A model generated the notes under the pieces. It saw only the letters and a list, made by a program, of their open reading frames with translations. It did not search any database and had not been told where the DNA came from. DNA of 64,000 nt from Eledone cirrhosa. Its lineage: Eukaryota. The DNA lies in contig OZ024740.1 of NCBI GenBank assembly GCA_964016885.1, positions 205,716,001 through 205,780,000 on the forward strand, written 5' to 3'. Below, piece after piece: positions 24,001-37,500 of this stretch. Within the stretch, counting starts at the first letter, position 1; each line of letters opens with the position of its first letter. Position numbers and translations under genes: made by a program.

Positions 24001-27000
24001 TCAGAGAACCTTGACTTGCTTGTATAGTCCATATCTTGTATAGTTTTTAAAGCAGAATGGCCCTCCTAATGCTAATCACTTTACAGAGTGTACTGGGTGC
24101 ATTTAAAAATGAGATAATTGAAATATTTAAAATTAAAATAAAGAAATAATATAAAAGAGTTTTGGTTTTTTTAATAAGAAACAATTTAATATTAAATCTA
24201 TAAGTACCATCATCATCATTTTCATATCTATTATTCCATGTTTGTATGGGTCAGAAAAGGGCTTCTCAAATATTTTACTTAAGAGACCTTTTTCTTCGCC
24301 TACTTATTCCTGAGAGAGTTGTGGGGGCAGAGTCCTCAAACACTCCTTCCAGCGGGTCCTGTCAGAAGCAACCGTCTCTAACTGATCCGGCTGAATCACC
24401 AAGTGTGACCATCCAAGCTCATGGATGTTATCCAACCATCTTGCTCGGGGTCTACCCCTGAGTCTCCTGTCAGTTGGTTTTGCCCGTAAAATCTGTCCAG
24501 TGATTCTTTCCTGAATCATTCTAACCACGTGCCCATAGTATCAGAGCTGTGGCTCTACCTAAGAGACCCATTGTAACAAAACGTAATTTCTATTCATCCC
24601 AAAACATTTTAACTGAGTATAAAATTACAAAACATAATTTACCAATGTTTAATACAACTTACACGAGAAAAGAATCAGTAAACTATAAATGTACATTTAA
24701 TGCTTTAAAGTCAAATTGTTTGTTCATTTAAATTACTTGTTCATATAGAATGGTCCATTAGTAAATGATATATCACTAATGACCATCACAACCAGTCAGG
24801 TATTCTGTTAGGCGTAAAATATCTGACAGCTGTTCTACATGATCCAGTCACTGTTGTCCTGCTATAAAGAGAGTGATAATGGAAAACTAGTAAATTCATC
24901 TCCTGTGGACTCCTAAGATTTTATTCACCCCTAGGAATCTATATGGACCACTTTGAAAAGCCCTGGGTTAGACAAATAAATACAATTTAGAAATAAATGC
25001 AACTTACCAAACTGACATTTGAGTCAAAACTCATTTGGATAAATTTCCAATCAAACTCAATACCTCTTGCTCCAACCCAAAGGGGAATGAACCTGCAAGA
25101 AACATTGTCTAAAATTACTTTAGGGCAAGATTAAACCTTCCCAATATAAAATCATTTGAAATCAGTTCTGGTCCTACAATATTTTAAAGAATTTATATTT
25201 CTCTAAAAAAAACACCCATCATTATTTTATGTGAGAATCTTTCTTAATTTATGGTCCAACTTCTTGATTATTTTCAAAATTATTTTAATATCATAGGCAA
25301 TGCCTTTCATTAGAAATATGGTAACAAAAGGGTTAAATATATTTTTCTAACTTATAGTGAACAACCAGAAATATCTGGCCAGGTTGGTAGAAGGTATGAG
25401 AATAAGCTAGATTGCCTATGACTCCTTTTGAAAAGATATACCCTTCAAATTTCATCTACCTGGGTATACAACTATTGCCTACAACCTGGAATATATATGT
25501 ATATATATCATCATTATCATTTTACGTCCGCTTTTCCCCGCTTTCAAGGGTGGGACGGGAACTGATTCTGGCTTGCAGAGTGTACTGAGTGCATTATATT
25601 GTAACACCAGCATTAGGGACGATGTCATGTCATTGACATGAGTGAAAAGTCCCCGTAATCTTTTTTGGGGGGCTTGGACGTTGTCATGTCCTTGATGTAA
25701 CAGAATAGTCTTCTAAATCCTTTTATTAATATCAAGGAAGTAGTATTGCAGTACTATGCTCTTACTATGCATGAAGACAACACAGATAGATTCTTGAAAA
25801 TCACAGGAAACACTAACCCTTTCATGAGGACCAAACATGTCACCATGAAATCTGCATCTCAAAAGACTAGGCTTCTTCTTTTGAAACAGAAAACATTTTC
25901 ACATCTAACCAGTTTATACTTTACAAAGCTCTAGTGTGACCCACAGAGTACTGCTCACATAGCTGGGACAGTACTGCTCTATAGCTGGACAGTACTGTTC
26001 TATAGCTGAGACAATACTGCTCTATAGCTGAGGTAGTACTGCTCTGTAGCTGGGACAGTGCTGCTCTATAGCTGGGACAGTGCTGTTCTATAGCTGGGAC
26101 AGTGCTGCTCTATAGCTGGGACAGTGCTGCTCTATAGCTGAGACAGTGCTGTTCTATAGCTGGGACAGTATTGCTCTATAGCTGGGACAGTGCTGTTCTA
26201 TAGCTGGGACAGTGCTGCTCTATAGCTGGGACAGTGCTGCTCTATAGCTGAGACAGTGCTGCTCTATAGCTGGGACAGTGCTGCTCTATAGCTGGGACAG
26301 TGCTGTTCTATAGCTGGGACAGTGCTGTTCTATAGCTGGGACAGTGCTGCTCTATAGCTGGGACAGTGCTGCTCTATAGCTGAGACAGTGCTGCTCTATA
26401 GCTGGGACAGTACTGCTCTGTAGCTGGGACAGTACTGCTCTGTAGCTGGGACAGTACTGCTCTATAGCTGGGACAGTACTGCTCTATAGCTGGGACAGTA
26501 CTGCTCTGTAGCTGGGACAGTGCTGCTCTATAGCTGGGACAGTGCTGCTCTATAGCTGAGACAGTGCTGCTCTATAGCTGGGACAGTATTGCTCTATAGC
26601 TGAGGTAGTACTGCTCTGTAGCTGGGACAGTGCTGCTCTATAGCTGGGACAGTGCTGCTCTATAGCTGAGACAGTGCTGCTCTATAGCTGAGACAATACT
26701 GCTCTATAACTGAGGTAGTACTGCTCTGTAGCTGAGACAATACTGCTCTATAGCTGAGGTAGTACTGCTCTGTAGCTGAGACAATACTGCTCTATAGCTG
26801 AGGTAGTACTGCTCTGTAGCTGGGACAGTGCTGTTCTATAGCTGGGACAGTGCTGTTCTATAGCTGGGACAGTATTGCTCTATAGCTGGGACAGTGCTGT
26901 TCTATAGCTGGGACAGTGCTGCTCTATAGCTGGGACAGTGCTGCTCTATAGCTGAGACAGTGCTGCTCTATAGCTGGGACAGTGCTGCTCTATAGCTGGG

Positions 27001-30000
27001 ACAGTGCTGTTCTATAGCTGGGACAGTGCTGTTCTATAGCTGGGACAGTGCTGCTCTATAGCTGGGACAGTGCTGCTCTATAGCTGAGACAGTGCTGCTC
27101 TATAGCTGGGACAGTACTGCTCTGTAGCTGGGACAGTACTGCTCTGTAGCTGGGACAGTACTGCTCTATAGCTGGGACAGTACTGCTCTATAGCTGGGAC
27201 AGTACTGCTCTGTAGCTGGGACAGTGCTGCTCTATAGCTGGGACAGTGCTGCTCTATAGCTGAGACAGTGCTGCTCTATAGCTGGGACAGTATTGCTCTA
27301 TAGCTGAGGTAGTACTGCTCTGTAGCTGGGACAGTGCTGCTCTATAGCTGGGACAGTGCTGCTCTATAGCTGAGACAGTGCTGCTCTATAGCTGAGACAA
27401 TACTGCTCTATAACTGAGACAATACTGCTCTGTAGCTGAGACAATACTGCTCTATAGCTGAGGTAGTACTGCTCTGTAGCTGAGACAATACTGCTCTATA
27501 GCTGAGGTAGTACTGCTCTGTAGCTGGGACAGTACTGCTCTATAGCTGGGACAGTGCTGCTCTATAGCTGGGACAGTGCTGCTCTATAGCTGAGACAGTG
27601 CTGCTCTATAGCTGGGACAGTATTGCTCTATAGCTGGGACAGTATTGTTCTATAGTTGGACAATACTGTTCTATAGCTGGACAATACTGTTCTATAGCTG
27701 AAACAGTACTGCTCTATAGCTGGGATGGTAGAAGAAACCATAAATCAGCAATTTCCAATTTTTTCGCTAACATGGACCCGAAGCTTTGAAAGTGCTGTCT
27801 CCTGAATAACCCTCTGGACCCCCATTTATACCACAAGTTTGTCTTTTGAACAATCTCATTCACCCCCACTACTATTCCATGTCTCTCTAGAACAATTTCA
27901 TGGACCCCTACTTCTGCTTAGGGATCCACAGTTGATGGGTTGGGAAATGTTGATATAAATGATTACAAAACTTTTCAGAATTTTGTCAAATGCTATGCAA
28001 ATAAAATCTATAGAAATACAGTTTAAAAGTGTAGGTGCTTGGCTTAGTGGTTTCGATTCATGGACCTGGCTGTTCAGTGTGTTTTTGAGCAAGATGCTTC
28101 ATTTCACATTGCTTTTCATGATAGGACTTGGGGTCCTGTCATTCAGAAACCTCCTATGAGATTCAACCTTGTAGGAGGCCAGATGAACTTGCACAGGAGT
28201 GAACTGAAATTATTTTTTTAAAAATTCAATTCATTCAAGTGTAAGGAAATAAAGTTTGAAGCAATACAACTTACCTGGTCATAATAAGTTCAGCTGTAGC
28301 CCAACCCATACCAGCAATGAGAAACTTAAGTTGACCTTTGGCAGGAATGGAGTTCATCAGAAGATAAAGACCTACTAGGTCAGCAAGATCAACAAAACAT
28401 TTTAATGTTTCCTGCAAAGAGAAAAAAAAACCCATTAGAATTCTAGTTTAATGTAATTTAAAGAATTGTATAAAAGGCACCTGGCTTAGTGGTTAGAGCA
28501 TTGGGCTTGCAATTGGTAGGTTATGAGTTTGATTATCAGACCGGGTGATGTGTTGTGTCCTTGAGCAAGACACTTTATTTTGTGTTACTCCAGTTTACTC
28601 AGCTGTAGAAATGAGTTGCGATGTCACTAGTGCCAAGCTGTATCGGCCTTTTCCTTTCCCTTGGGCAACATTGGTGCAGCGAAGAGGGGAAATTGGAATG
28701 CAAGGGCGACTGCTGGTCTCCCACAAACAACCTTGCCCGGACTTGTGACATGGAGGTACAAATCCCATGGTCACTTGTGACTGAAGAGGGTCTTTACCCT
28801 CTACCCTATAAAAGGCACCTAACACACTAGAAAGTAGCTGGTGTTCAAACGGTAACAACAAAGGATAGAGTGGACTTTAGTAATATCAAGGATATAACAA
28901 TGTCTCTAGTGCTGATGCAATGACAAAATGCACCCAGTACACTCTGAATTTCCTTTTCAACCATATATCTTAAAACTGACTGAGCTATTTCTGAAGAAAA
29001 TATACAGAAGCAGAAAGTTCCAAACAGAAGTGGAATCTAAAATAAAAAGAGTTTAATTGAACAATAATTGAAATTTTGTAAAGTAGTTTGATGATTGAAC
29101 AAAGACAATGTAAAGTGGACTCTTTATTCTTGTTGAGGACCTTTAGTGATAGGACTACCATCATAAAATGCACCCAGTACAGTTTGAAAAGTGCTTGGTG
29201 TTAGGATGGGCATTCAGACATAGAAACCAAACCAAAACTTGGAATGATGTAGTCTTTGACCTATCTAGGAGGACAGTAACTTCAAAGAAGAACTGACATG
29301 GATCTTGATAACCTGTCCAATCCATGCCAACATGGAAAGCAGATGTAAATTGATGTTGATGCTATTCATTATCATAGTCCAAGGCAAGAGAGGTAGAGGG
29401 AGCATGTTTTGCTTATATGCTGTATATTTGAAATAATTTATATAGCTAGACACCCTTCTTAATGCCAACCTCTTTACAGAATGTACTAGGAGCATTTTAT
29501 TGTGGCCCTAGCACTATCATTTTACAGTGTGCACCAGTTGCATTTTATTGTGGCCCCAGCTCTAGCACTTTATCGAGTATAGTGGGTGAATTTTATCACA
29601 GCACTAACTGAACCACTTTAATGAGTATACTGGGTGCATTTTATCACAGCACTAGCTCTACCACATTATCTAGTATACTGGGTGCATTTTATCACGGCAC
29701 TAGCTCTACCACATTATCGAGTATATTGGGTGAATTTTATCACATCACTAGCTCTACAACTTTACTGGGCGCATTTTATCATGGCTCCAGCACTACCACT
29801 TACAGCTATGATGATATTGATGGTGATAAAGAAAAAAATGAAGGTGTAATTTGCCAACTGACCCCAACAACATCCAAAGAGTCCGAGCTAAATTCTGTAG
29901 CTGGAAAGAAGGTCGCTAACACCAACATCTTACATAGTTGAGTAAAAAGGTACGCTGTTCCAGCCTGGACACATTTCCAGAAAGCACTGTATTCAGCCCT

Positions 30001-33000
30001 GAAATAGATTAAAAGAAAAAATATTAACTGAAATTTCACGTTGAACCCTTTCATTACCATATTTCTAATGAAAGGGTCATGATTTTAATTATTCAGTGAA
30101 ATTCCGTTATAATGAAATTCATGATGTATAAAAAAGAATTTGTAGTAATGAAAAATTCTTTATAATGAGATTGAAACAAATTGAGCATTTGTTTGTTATT
30201 GGGAGTGATTCAATAACAAACTGGTGTCTGGAACATTATTTAAAGATTTTTAAATACAATTATGACAGAAGGTTTTTAGATAGATATAAACACTTTATAA
30301 CAAACAGTTTTGTCTCATTTAACTAAAGACAGTTTGGTATGAAAAGGTTTAATTAGCCAGATAAGAGGACGGCTATTAACATATATACTGTTTTACTGAT
30401 GAAAGAAAGAATATTGGGTTTCTTCACCAAACTTTTACAAAGCTGTTTGTGGATTGCATACACACATATATATATATATATATAAATAAAAACTAGAGAA
30501 CCACTTGATCACCTATAGCTCAGGTGAGCACACTAGCCAAATAAATGTTATCTTCACCAACAAGATAGAGTGATGGTTGTAAACACAAACTCACTGCCTG
30601 GTGAGGAATGCACATCCCAACAACAGAATTATAAAAGCTGAAATTGCACATTTAAATCTCTCAAAGTAGATAACATAGGATTGCGATCTCTGGTGTTATG
30701 TTGTAGTGCAGAAGACCTGCCTTCTGCACAGGATAGAGCAAACATCTAGAAGACACTAGTCTGCACCAATCTTCTCCCCTACCCCATCCCCAATTCACCC
30801 TTCTCAGTCATAGAGCCCCCCTTTCTCTCCAGCTACATATCCTACTCACCTCGTCCATGTCCAACTTACATACATGTTCCCCCTGACCCTTACCTGCCTC
30901 ACTCCTGATACACCTCTCCGGTCCAACCCATGCATACAAGCTTGGAAAACTAGACATGCTCCACATCTGATCTCCCACAACAAAAAAAAGCACTAAATCC
31001 ACCCTGTATGGTGATCTGGCACCACTAAAAATAAAAGCATCATGCAATCCACACTGTAATGTGGTTAGCGTTAGGAAAAGGGCATCCAGCTGTAGAAACC
31101 TAGCCAAAATACAGAGCAAGACATGGTCACTTAACCAGACTTGTTTCACAATGTGACAACTCGTCTAACTAATGCAAGTGTGGAAAAATGGACATTAAAC
31201 AATAAATTAAAAATTAGAATACACAGCCCCCTCCCCAGTTTTACATATCAAAGTTAGCTTGGCGGAAGTAATTGGAATTGAAAAGTTATACATACGGGTA
31301 TTAAATTCAAAAATTCTAACCACCCTAAAACTAAAAAGCCCAGCTGAGGGCACAAATAAATTGGTACGGCCGTCGCTAGTAGGGTCCCCCACCGCAGGGG
31401 GCGCCTCCCATTAAATCCAGCCCTGGATGCACACAACTAATAATATGTGAAGAGGAACAGCAACTATTGTCCTCAGATCGTGTCCAACTTGCTAGCTGCT
31501 ACTGTGACCACTGCTAGAATCTACAGGTGAGAGTGCAATATGTCCTGGCATATTGCACTCCATCCCATCTCCGACTGCCAGAGTGTGCAGTATGGTCATT
31601 AGTTTAGTGGGAGCATGGTATAACTGGAAAAACAGATTTGAGTGTCACACCTGGTTGTATGGTTATCTGTGCATCATAGACCTGAGTGATAAAAGCTGAT
31701 CTGAGACTCCACAACAACAGTTGTCATCAGCATTTTTATGTCTACCTTTCCATGCTTGTATAGGTTGGATGAGTCTTCTACAGTTCAGCTTCTCTCAACC
31801 AACTGCGTTCTCTTGTCATTTCCTCTGTGAAGTTCAGTGTCCTAAGATCAGTTCTCATCCCGTCTGTCCAAGCCTTCCTCTTCTACAGTTACCTTTTACT
31901 TGGAGCTCCTATCACTTCTTCATCCAATGATCATCATCCTTACCATACACATGTCTGTACCAGCACAATCTTCTCTTTTGTACAGTGTATCTGATACCTC
32001 TTATGTCCCATTTTATTATCATATAGATATGTTTACTAATGGATTCATGACATACACAACAATTGGAATTGTAGTAATATGTAGTGTCAAAAGCCAAATA
32101 AAAAAACATTAGATTTCATAGCAAGAGACACAAATTTATATCAAATTAACACTCTATAATTGTAAGGTAGTGGTACCTGTGCCATGACAAAAACCACTCA
32201 GTTCCCTCTGTAAGGTAGTAGTGCTGGTGTCACGAAAAACACTCACTACATGCTGTAAAGTGGTTGGTATTAGGAAGAGCATGAAGCCAAAGAAAACAAA
32301 CTCCAAAATGGAGAGTATGAGCAAGATGTGGTCACCTAATGTAACAGCTCATCTAAGCCATGCAAACGTGGAAAATAGATGTTATACAGTGATGATTATA
32401 TATGTATATTGTTTGTCAACATTCAAATGGGCTCATAGCGGACATTTAAAGCAGTTGATTTTGAACATTTTATTGCTAATATTGTTTGAAATGTGTACTG
32501 TTTTTCAATGTTCAAACGTGCTTATGGTAGACATTTAATGAGTTGATTTCAGAGATTTGATGTAGCTGACTTCTCAATATCCTGCTCTATCGCCCCATCC
32601 ACAAACCCCAACTCAATTGGAGAAGTCATTTTATGTTTAAAATGTATGAGATGCGACAGAGCACATCCTCTTATTTTTAAGACATACCACAAAACAAAAT
32701 AGAACACACCACCCATGCCCTCCCACCCTTCGTCCCATTAAGTCCTGAACTTCAAGTGTCAATGTTGGCACGATGACGGGAAGGGCTTGAACCAGATTCC
32801 TAACAGGCAAGAACGTTTATACAAGTTCTTCTGGATGGGTAGCAGTGTCGGAGTAGATGGGGGTAGACATGCTGCTGGTTGAAAAATGGGTGGATAAAGT
32901 GATCCAGGTTCAATGGGTCACGACTAACTTTGTGGGGGATGAGGGGGGTGGAAAGACTATCAGAGTTTCGCAGATCTACACCCTCCTTGAATCTTAGAGG

Positions 33001-33895
33001 TCAGATTAGTTGATAGCACACAAATAAACGGGGAAAAAATGTTTTTACAATGAAATCGAATGGGGTTTTCTTCTATAATAATACCATTTTTAAAGAGGAT
33101 GACGCAGCACACAGGGATATCATAAAATGTCTTGTAAGATTACGCCACTAATACCATTGGAACGTTGATAGACTTCTAAAAGATTTACTAAGGGAACATT
33201 AATATAAAACGGTGTCGGAGGGGCCATAACTGAAAAAATCCTACCCTGATAGTCGGTCGTACGATTTTAGAAATAACAGTTAAACTCCCTCTAAAGTAAA
33301 GATATGACATGCCTGTATTCATAGGTTTGTTGAATCAAGGCTGACTTCACTAAGGAACAACCTATCGCTACGTTAAACTAACCGGTATCACAGGCAAGAC
33401 ATCTCGTTTGAAGAAAACGATTCAATGGGTTCATATCGCATGCTCCTCATAATATATATATATAAAACTACGAGTTGACAAGGGAACCCTAATGCGGCGC
33501 ATACACACTGAGATATTCCCATTTTCTTCAAACGAGATCTATTTCTGTACTCTAATACGATTCAGCAATTAAGACACGTTTGTGTTTGTCACGGTAAGAA
33601 AGCAAGAACTATACAGATGATTACCAGAAGAAAATATAAAAAGAAATATAGTTAGTAGAGTATCTGTCAGCGAGGTATGGTTACGTACTATTACGTGGAG
33701 AGTGATATTAACATGATGGGTCATGCACGTTATCTACATAGGTTAAAGCATGTTATAGTGTTTATGTGGAGTTACGCTTTCATACAATTTTAAAAACATT
33801 TTTTTCTGCTATACTTACATTCCAGAACATCTGTACACTATTACATATGGCACGTATGCCAATGCAACACAATTTCCGAAGTGAAATAATGTCAT
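17977..33895 (-). CDS. TMEM147: Transmembrane protein 147 (BOS/multipass-translocon subunit), 6 coding exons, 223 aa
   Basis: Exons 33895-33819, 29998-29863, 28411-28275, 25092-25008, 23862-23741 and 18091-17977 all have GT-AG boundaries with consistent phases. Total 672 nt, open. Protein [17 protein letters not shown]...AFWKCVQAG...[38 protein letters not shown]... is the recognisable TMEM147 sequence. Confidence 0.97.
18363..20090 (-). mobile_element. RTE-clade LINE copy of the same family, frameshifted
   Basis: ORF pieces 19848-20330, 19093-19701 and 18716-19117 are homologous to 20425-21759; (CAT)n tail at 18363. Confidence 0.94.
20135..20374 (+). mobile_element. Mariner transposon 3' fragment with right TIR
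   Basis: [51 protein letters not shown]; TIR gtcagcctatgaacttttcagctgaccctca followed by TA. Confidence 0.85.
20402..22268 (+). mobile_element. RTE-clade LINE, 5'-truncated, open 444-aa RT ORF with internal PHD finger, 3'UTR and (GAT)n tail
   Basis: [35 protein letters not shown]4HC3 cluster, [21 protein letters not shown]; in TMEM147 intron 5. Confidence 0.96.
22400..22830 (-). mobile_element. Second RTE-like LINE family, C-terminal fragment (related pieces at 1-150 and 24295-24560; endonuclease piece about 16700-17030)
   Basis: [17 protein letters not shown]...; [30 protein letters not shown]; VVQVIAPNIESEY. Confidence 0.75.
23741..23862 (-). CDS. TMEM147: TMEM147 exon 5
   Basis: Acceptor ttctag; [40 protein letters not shown](E); donor gtaagt. 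Confidence 0.94.
25008..25092 (-). CDS. TMEM147: TMEM147 exon 4
   Basis: Acceptor ttgcag; [28 protein letters not shown]; donor gtaagt. Confidence 0.96.
25955..27725. repeat. 22-bp minisatellite, about 80 copies, in TMEM147 intron 3
   Basis: Unit agctgggacagtgctgctctat. Confidence 0.97.
28275..28411 (-). CDS. TMEM147: TMEM147 exon 3
   Basis: Acceptor ttgcag; [45 protein letters not shown](R); donor gtaagt. Confidence 0.96.
28478..28800 (+). mobile_element. CORE-like tRNA SINE (other copies about 23325-23635 minus, 46145-46290 plus, 8770-8880 minus, 44700-44825 plus, 62360-62480 minus)
   Basis: tggcttagtggttagagc A box, gagtttgatt B box, tgtgtccttgagcaagacacttta core. Confidence 0.82.
29863..29998 (-). 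CDS. TMEM147: TMEM147 exon 2
   Basis: Acceptor tttcag; [45 protein letters not shown]; donor gtcagt. Confidence 0.95.
33819..33895 (-). CDS. TMEM147: TMEM147 exon 1
   Basis: Starts at ATG; encodes [25 protein letters not shown](M); donor gtaagt. Confidence 0.96.
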
Positions 33896-34400
33896 AATTT
33901 GAAGCCGATCTATTCTAGCAAGTGAACAACGAAACGGTGTAAACTAAAAGAAGTTAACACGTATTTTTTAGGTGTGTGTATTTATGTATATATATATAAA
34001 TTTCTCGGCAACTCTTATAAAACTAATGGACTCTACAGGAAAAAAAGATATATATAAAGCAATTTAATTAATAATCAGATAAATGATTTATCAATTTGAT
34101 ATCAAATACTAACTTGAATACTGTTTGCACGTATTTTCAGTAAAACATTTAAAAGTAGAACACATGTACTTACGTATGATTCAATTTCTTAAACTATTTA
34201 ATATTTAAAAACTATATTTCCAAAATTTTCAAACCGTGTTGTTAAAAAGACATTACATTATTTTTTTTATTTCATATTAAAAAAAAAAGTTCCTGCTATA
34301 ACGTAAACTATTTTATGCATTTATTTCTTACATAGTTACCGTTTCCAAGGAAAACAATCTTCCTTAAGCTTAGTTGAATGCAACACGAAAAATAGATGAG
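33896..34400. promoter_or_regulatory. Putative bidirectional promoter with an RFX X-box-like site at 34335-34355
   Basis: 505 bp between divergent ATGs. GTTACCGTTTCCAAGGAAAAC resembles the RFX X-box (GTNRCC-N-RGYAAC) found upstream of ciliary genes. Confidence 0.6.
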
Positions 34401-34427
34401 ATGTCCAGACAATTCAATGCTAATCAG
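34401..34427 (+). CDS. CFAP126: CFAP126 exon 1
   Basis: MSRQFNANQ followed by donor gtaata. Confidence 0.88.
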
Positions 34428-34467
34428 GTAATAAACTATTTTCTCATCTGTCTGTCGCTTGCTTTTA

Positions 34468-34516
<49 letters not shown>

Positions 34517-37500
34517 GTGATAGAGGGACTCAAATTTATCTTGGAGAACAATTACTTCGTTTTCAATAACAAACCCTACAGGCAGAAATCTGGGACCGCT
34601 ATGGGAACGAAAACAGCCCCACTTATGCCAACCTAGTCATGGGATACCTGGAAATCACCCTCTACACTAAAATCCTAAACAAATTTGGAAACACTCTCCA
34701 CTTACACATAGAAAGGAACTGGAAGCGATATCTAGATGACTGCTTCATCCTTTGGTACGAAAACATCGAAAAACTTAAAGAATTTCACACCCTTATAAAT
34801 GGGCTCAACACGAATATTAACTTCACGATGGAATACAGCCATCAACAACTCCCCTTCCTCGACATCCTCATTAAGATCCATAACAAAAAAATAGAAACAG
34901 ACATATACTACAAGCCCACAGACTCCAAGCAATATCTTCCTTTCAACTCTTGCCACCCTAGACACGTTAAAATTAATATTCCCTACAACTTAGCCAAGAG
35001 AATCTGTACTATAGTCTCCAATAAAAACACCTGCTACTTACGGCTACAAGAACTAAAGGACACACTCATAGGCAGGGACTACCCTGCATCACTAATTGAC
35101 AATGGAATCCAACGTGCCCAAAAACTCAGTACCCAGGACCTTAGACACCCTAAAGTAAATCAACTGAAACTAAAAGCTCTTCCATACATCTCCACACACA
35201 ACCCCCTCAACAATGAGGCCTTTGACACCATCCTCCAGAACATCCCTGTGTTGAAAAAGGACCATAGAATGAACCAAATCCTACGAACACACGATATCAT
35301 AAAGAGCAAAAGACAATCTAAGTCAATGAAAAACATCCTAACACATGCCAAAGTACTGCCAACCACAACAACGAAACCCACAGTAAAAAAAATGCGATAG
35401 ACCCAACTGTGGCATTTGCATCAACCTAATAGAGGGTTCGGAATTCTATTTCAAAGAAGGACAACGTTTTATAGTAAAACACAATTTCACATGTGCATTG
35501 GAAAATCTAATATATGTATTAACTTGCTCAGGTTGTCGAGAACAATACATAGGCCGGACCAAAAACAGCCTCCGCCAACGCATGACTGTCCATAGATCCC
35601 AAATTAAAATACGGGAATACTGGAAAATACCACTGAGTGAACACATTGATACCTGTGCCGCCCCAAATCATCCCAACTTCAGAATCTTTCCCCTCTACAA
35701 ATTTAAAGATAATGCCACCCACACCCAGCGCATCAGCAAGGAATCTTACTTCATTAACAAATACGGACCCCGTCTAAACACTTCTCCCTAAGACGAACCC
35801 ACAACATACACACGTCAACATACATACCTACATCAGCACACATCTCTACCCACATATAAACACAATGACATACGTAAACACACATGTTCTATGGTGCAAC
35901 ACAAAAAAAAATATATATATATATATATATGGAAAGTTATATTTAAAATTGTTGGGTTACAACTAGTAAATATTTATAACTGATATAAAAGCACTCGACA
36001 AATATTTGGAGTATATTTACAATATTAAATAAATGGAAACTATATTTATAAAACCATATTTATTTCATTATATATATTTCGGGGATATCATATTAACAAT
36101 ATGCTATGCCTTCCTCAGACAAAATACAATATAAACAGTTTTATAGATAAATAGATTCGACATACCGTTGTAACACCGACTTCCATTTGAAGAGGTTTTA
36201 ACTGCCAGCTTAAACCTCTTCAAATGGAAGTCGGTGTTACAACGGTATGTCGAATCTATTTATCTATAAAACTGTTTATATTGTATTTTGTCTGAGGAAG
36301 GCATAGCATATTGTTAATATGATATCCCCGAAATATATATAATGAAATAAATATGCTTTTATAAATATAGTTTCCATTTATTTAATATTGTATATATATA
36401 TATATATATAGTGAATATGTGTATGTATATATATATAGTGAATATCATTTCACACCTTTTATTGTTAAGGTTTTTGATGTTCTATTGAGAGAATCGTTTT
36501 TACTGAAAATATCGAATAATGTACACCATTTTACCAGGGAAAAAAATACTGGTCCACCCACCCACACACACACACATATATACACACACACATACACACG
36601 CGTACATTAACATACAAAGAGACTTATACACACACACACACACTTCTCTGTATAAGACAAGAGCTGAAAAATATCTTTTAACATGTTAAAATATCCCTCA
36701 CTCACTTACAGACACATTCCTACTGACCATCCCTCTACCACGAATTACTCTGCTACACACACACACACACACTTGTCTTAATAGGCATTTGAACTGTCAA
36801 CAGGCTGCGGTTCGCACACACATCCCTGCTAACCATTATCACAACAACGAACACTTTACTACTACTACACACACACACACACACACACATATTTGTTGTG
36901 AAAGAGTCATTTCTCAGTCTTGGCGCAAAATCAATTTTTTACATTCACATGACCTCTACTGACCAATCAAAATTGTTTTGACCACAAGAATTTTTGCAAC
37001 ACGAATTGGCGCAAAAAATAATTTTAATAGCGCTGGAGCCATTTTTTTAACATAAAAACAGGTAGAATTCCCAAAACTAATCAGATCAGAGCAAACATCA
37101 CGGACGCTCTATCTCAAAATTATTTTTGAAAAGCATTTAGAAATGCGCAACCGGTAAAACTTAAAACCAAAACTCAATACTAACCAATACAATTACTAAT
37201 TCTCATTTATTCCTAATTAAACTATTTTTCACTGTGAACAATTTGTCAGCATTTTCTATTCCGTTTACCAATATATATATATATATATTGTATTGTTTAC
37301 TCGAGAGAAGGCTACGTTGGTATGGACACGTGATGCGCATGAAAGTCGATAGCTGTATAACAAAGTGCAGGGCAATAAAGATAGACGGTAGCCACGGAAT
37401 AGGCAGACCTAGAAAAACCTGGGACGAGCTGATAAACTCCGACCTCACACACTTACACCTCTCCAAGACAATGTCACTGGACCGAGACCTTTGGCGGTAC

